Shown: in pieces, positions 61,292-64,000 of the stretch
How the letters are laid out: the number at the start of each line of letters is the position of its first letter
How positions within the stretch are numbered: position 1 is the first letter of the stretch
IMG/VR virus record: IMGVR_UViG_3300028805_000037
Location: 32,001-96,000 of that record
Origin: a virus
Lineage: Duplodnaviria > Caudoviricetes
Direction: 5' to 3' (one strand)
DNA length: 64,000 nucleotides
The notes under the pieces: generated by a model
What the model saw: the letters and a program-made list of their open reading frames with translations, nothing else
Told to the model about the DNA's origin: nothing
Database searches by the model: none
Translations under genes and position numbers: made by a program

Positions 61292-63538
61292 TTATAAATT
61301 ATTTATCTCTAAACTTATAGCATCTAATTTACTATTTAAATCTTTTATGCCTGAATTAGTTAATATCTCATCTATACTATTAAATAAAGTTTTTGTAATA
61401 GAATTGTCTCTTACAACAATATCTATAGGTTCTAAAGTTAAACTTCTTTGTGTAAAAATATCCTCAAACTTTAAATCAGTATTATTCATTTTATTAAAAT
61501 CATCTAGTAATTTTCGTAACTCATTATTTATACTATTAAGCTTTTCTTGATCTACCTTACCATCTTTATCTAATATATCTGATAATGTACCTTTATAAAA
61601 AACTTCTCTTCTTGCATTATATCTCCAACCTAATTTATTTAAATACATACGAAATTTCTTTGCTAATAAATATGGACGGTCTTTTGTATCTTTCACTACT
61701 TTATCTATATCTTGAGACGTACTAAAACTCTCTACTTGCTTACTAAAATATCTTGATAAATCTCTATACTCATTTAATATAGCATTAACACGCCCTCTTG
61801 CTGATTTATAATCTGTATCTTCTACAAAAATCTTTATAATTTGAATTTGAACATCTAATACCATTTGTAATTGTTCTAATCCAACACGCCTATTAGAAAC
61901 GTATAAGGCAGATAACAACGATTTTTGTATACCTTTAGGCAACTCAACAGCATTAATTATAAATTTTAAAACTTTATTATAAATATCTTGAATACCTTTT
62001 GAGTCATTAACACTTTCAATATCTTGTGTATAAGCTAATAAATTTTTATTAATATTTAATAACTGTGCTAATATTACTGAAGCCTTATTTTGGAACTGCG
62101 AATATGACTCTGGTTTTAAATACGTATCATAAATAGAAGTTGATACATAAGACTCCTCTTCTTTAGTATCCTCGATATTATATTCTCTTTTTATCATTGT
62201 CATAAAGTCTGTAATATTTACTGAATTTCCATCTTCATCAATTACTTTACTCGGTTTATTAGTTCCTTCTTTATATTCTACTGTATAACCAGAATTATCA
62301 GCAAAGTCTTTTATTGCCTCTTCTAAAGATAAGCTTTCTCCATTATCATTTACTTGTTCCGATAATAAAGATTTATCAATATCTTCTTTTTTATTTGTAT
62401 CAGATACAGCTTCTGATTGTGTTTCTTGAACTGTTTTTATATCTTGTAAAGATTGTTTCTCTTCATCTGATAAAAAATCTTCTAACTTTACAAATTCTTT
62501 TTCAGCTCTTTGCCTATTTTTTAATTCTTCTATTTGTTCTTTTGTAATAGCTATACGTGAAAAAAATTCTTTATAAAGATTTGCTTCTCTTTTAGTAAAT
62601 ACTTTATCTATAAAATCATTAATATAAGATTTAATTTCGTTCTGTACCTCAGGAACAAATGCAAAACTTATTAAAGGATATTCATTAATTCCAAAATTTC
62701 CTGTTTGTTTAATAGAGTTAATGTATTCATCAAGATTAGGTGTAAAAGAAGTTAATTGTAATAACTTATCTTCTAAATTAGTAATAAACTTAGCGTCATC
62801 TTTATTTAAATTTAACTCATAAATATAGGAATTAACTTTTGCTTTAAACTCCTCTGACTCAAAATAAGCGTCAGATACGGTTGAATACTCCTTATTTATT
62901 ACAGATTCATACTTTTTAAAACCAATTAATGTACATATATTAGCTGCAATTAAACGATCCTTTACACTATTTATAAAATTCATTCTACAAAAGGATTGTA
63001 TCTTTTCTAAAATTTTATATATACCTGAATCATATTCTGTACCTTTCCATTTTTTATTAACTTGTTTTACTTCTTTACTAATATCAAATGGTTTCTTATA
63101 AGTTACTACATATTTTCCTTTAAGTAAATCTTGTAAACTTTTTACAATATAATTTAAAATATCTTTTGCAAAATTAAAAGTTTCTTTATCTACAGCATCT
63201 AAATAACCTTCAACTGCAATTAACCCTAAAATATCAGACTCAACAACAGAATCTTTTATTTTGCTAGTATCTACTAAAATCTTCCCTAATTGTATCTTTT
63301 CAGGTACAGAAGTAACTGAAATATCTTTTACAGAATTATTTATTAAATCTAAAGTTGAAACACCCGGTATATACCTAAAGTATATTGTATATATTTCATT
63401 TGATTCCTTGCTAAAAGTACATAAATTTATAGAACTCTCATCAGGTAATTCTATACGTAACTCAGACTGAATTTTAAATAAAGCATCATCAATTAAAGAG
63501 TCTGCTGCATAAATTGTAGTTAAAAATTTATTATACAT
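61292..63538 (-). CDS. Hypothetical virion-region protein (748 aa)
   Basis: Long ORF with GAGG SD. Confidence 0.75.
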   Translation of the reverse strand: MYNKFLTTIYAADSLIDDALFKIQSELRIELPDESSINLCTFSKESNEIYTIYFRYIPGVSTLDLINNSVKDISVTSVPEKIQLGKILVDTSKIKDSVVESDILGLIAVEGYLDAVDKETFNFAKDILNYIVKSLQDLLKGKYVVTYKKPFDISKEVKQVNKKWKGTEYDSGIYKILEKIQSFCRMNFINSVKDRLIAANICTLIGFKKYESVINKEYSTVSDAYFESEEFKAKVNSYIYELNLNKDDAKFITNLEDKLLQLTSFTPNLDEYINSIKQTGNFGINEYPLISFAFVPEVQNEIKSYINDFIDKVFTKREANLYKEFFSRIAITKEQIEELKNRQRAEKEFVKLEDFLSDEEKQSLQDIKTVQETQSEAVSDTNKKEDIDKSLLSEQVNDNGESLSLEEAIKDFADNSGYTVEYKEGTNKPSKVIDEDGNSVNITDFMTMIKREYNIEDTKEEESYVSTSIYDTYLKPESYSQFQNKASVILAQLLNINKNLLAYTQDIESVNDSKGIQDIYNKVLKFIINAVELPKGIQKSLLSALYVSNRRVGLEQLQMVLDVQIQIIKIFVEDTDYKSARGRVNAILNEYRDLSRYFSKQVESFSTSQDIDKVVKDTKDRPYLLAKKFRMYLNKLGWRYNARREVFYKGTLSDILDKDGKVDQEKLNSINNELRKLLDDFNKMNNTDLKFEDIFTQRSLTLEPIDIVVRDNSITKTLFNSIDEILTNSGIKDLNSKLDAISLEINNL

Positions 63539-63558
63539 ATAAACCTCAAAAATTTAAT

Positions 63559-63990
63559 TTATACTAATAAAGTTTTCGTTTTCTCGATTTTTAAATTTAC
63601 ATCTGATAAAAGTGTACTTAACTTATCTGTTAAATCAAAACACTCATCTGATTTTTTAGAAACAGTCATTAACTTAGCTTCTAAACCATCTTTTAAATTT
63701 TGAACATGACTCTCAACAATGTCATTTGTTATTAAAGTTTTGCCAGTCTTAGAGCTTATTTTATTATTTAATTGATTTTTAATAAGCTCTGTTTTATGGA
63801 GTAATAACTGTGCTGAATTAATTTTGCTATCACTTAAATTTTTAGCCATTGCATTATAAAAAGTCTTACTTAATACATCATAAACTGTGTCTAATTTATT
63901 TATAATCTCAGACACTTTCTTTTTATCTTCATCTGTAAAATTAGCTAATTGTTTATTTTGTTCAGACTGTATTAATGCCTTATCTATCAT
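63559..63990 (-). CDS. Hypothetical protein (may begin beyond the window edge)
   Basis: ORF at window edge. Confidence 0.6.
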   Translation of the reverse strand: MIDKALIQSEQNKQLANFTDEDKKKVSEIINKLDTVYDVLSKTFYNAMAKNLSDSKINSAQLLLHKTELIKNQLNNKISSKTGKTLITNDIVESHVQNLKDGLEAKLMTVSKKSDECFDLTDKLSTLLSDVNLKIEKTKTLLV

Positions 63991-64000
63991 AACTTCAACA

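Noticed and set aside
2473-63470. Short opposite-strand ORFs in the six-frame track (e.g. 2473-2733, 8898-9317, 29356-29700, 59475-59819)
   Set aside because: Shadows of longer genes, no SD, against the clear strand organisation
1-64000. Alternative genetic code (stop-codon reassignment)
   Set aside because: Conserved genes are full length under code 11 with dense packing; TAG and TGA both act as stops
1-64000. CRISPR array
   Set aside because: No regularly spaced repeat-spacer series seen; the repeats in the Hef-like genes are coding

Overview
A 64-kb segment of a very AT-rich, large myovirus-like bacteriophage using the standard genetic code. The host is probably an anaerobe (class III RNR) and possibly diderm (spanin-like genes); both are inference. 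The + strand arm (1-28987) is driven by consensus sigma70-type promoters. It carries many small hypothetical ORFs, an intein-split RuvB, a HAD nucleotidase, a metallophosphoesterase, an SF2 helicase, two glycosyltransferases, a complete deamidating NAD+ salvage pathway (pncA, pncB, nadE, nadM-Nudix), nrdG/nrdD, thioredoxin and a ~135-nt tRNA-like gene with extra arms. The - strand arm (29038-64000) is the lysis and contractile-tail/virion module. It is interrupted by two Hef-like repeat-containing endonuclease genes, each preceded by the same covarying structured RNA element, and by an IscB/omegaRNA element. The two arms meet at a palindromic terminator near 29010. The best candidates for novelty are the four-enzyme NAD+ rebuilding route, the RNA motif/endonuclease/tail-tube cassettes, the multi-arm tRNA-like RNA and a fully dual-coded spanin-like gene pair. 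All calls come from motif recognition and by-eye base pairing; no searches were run.
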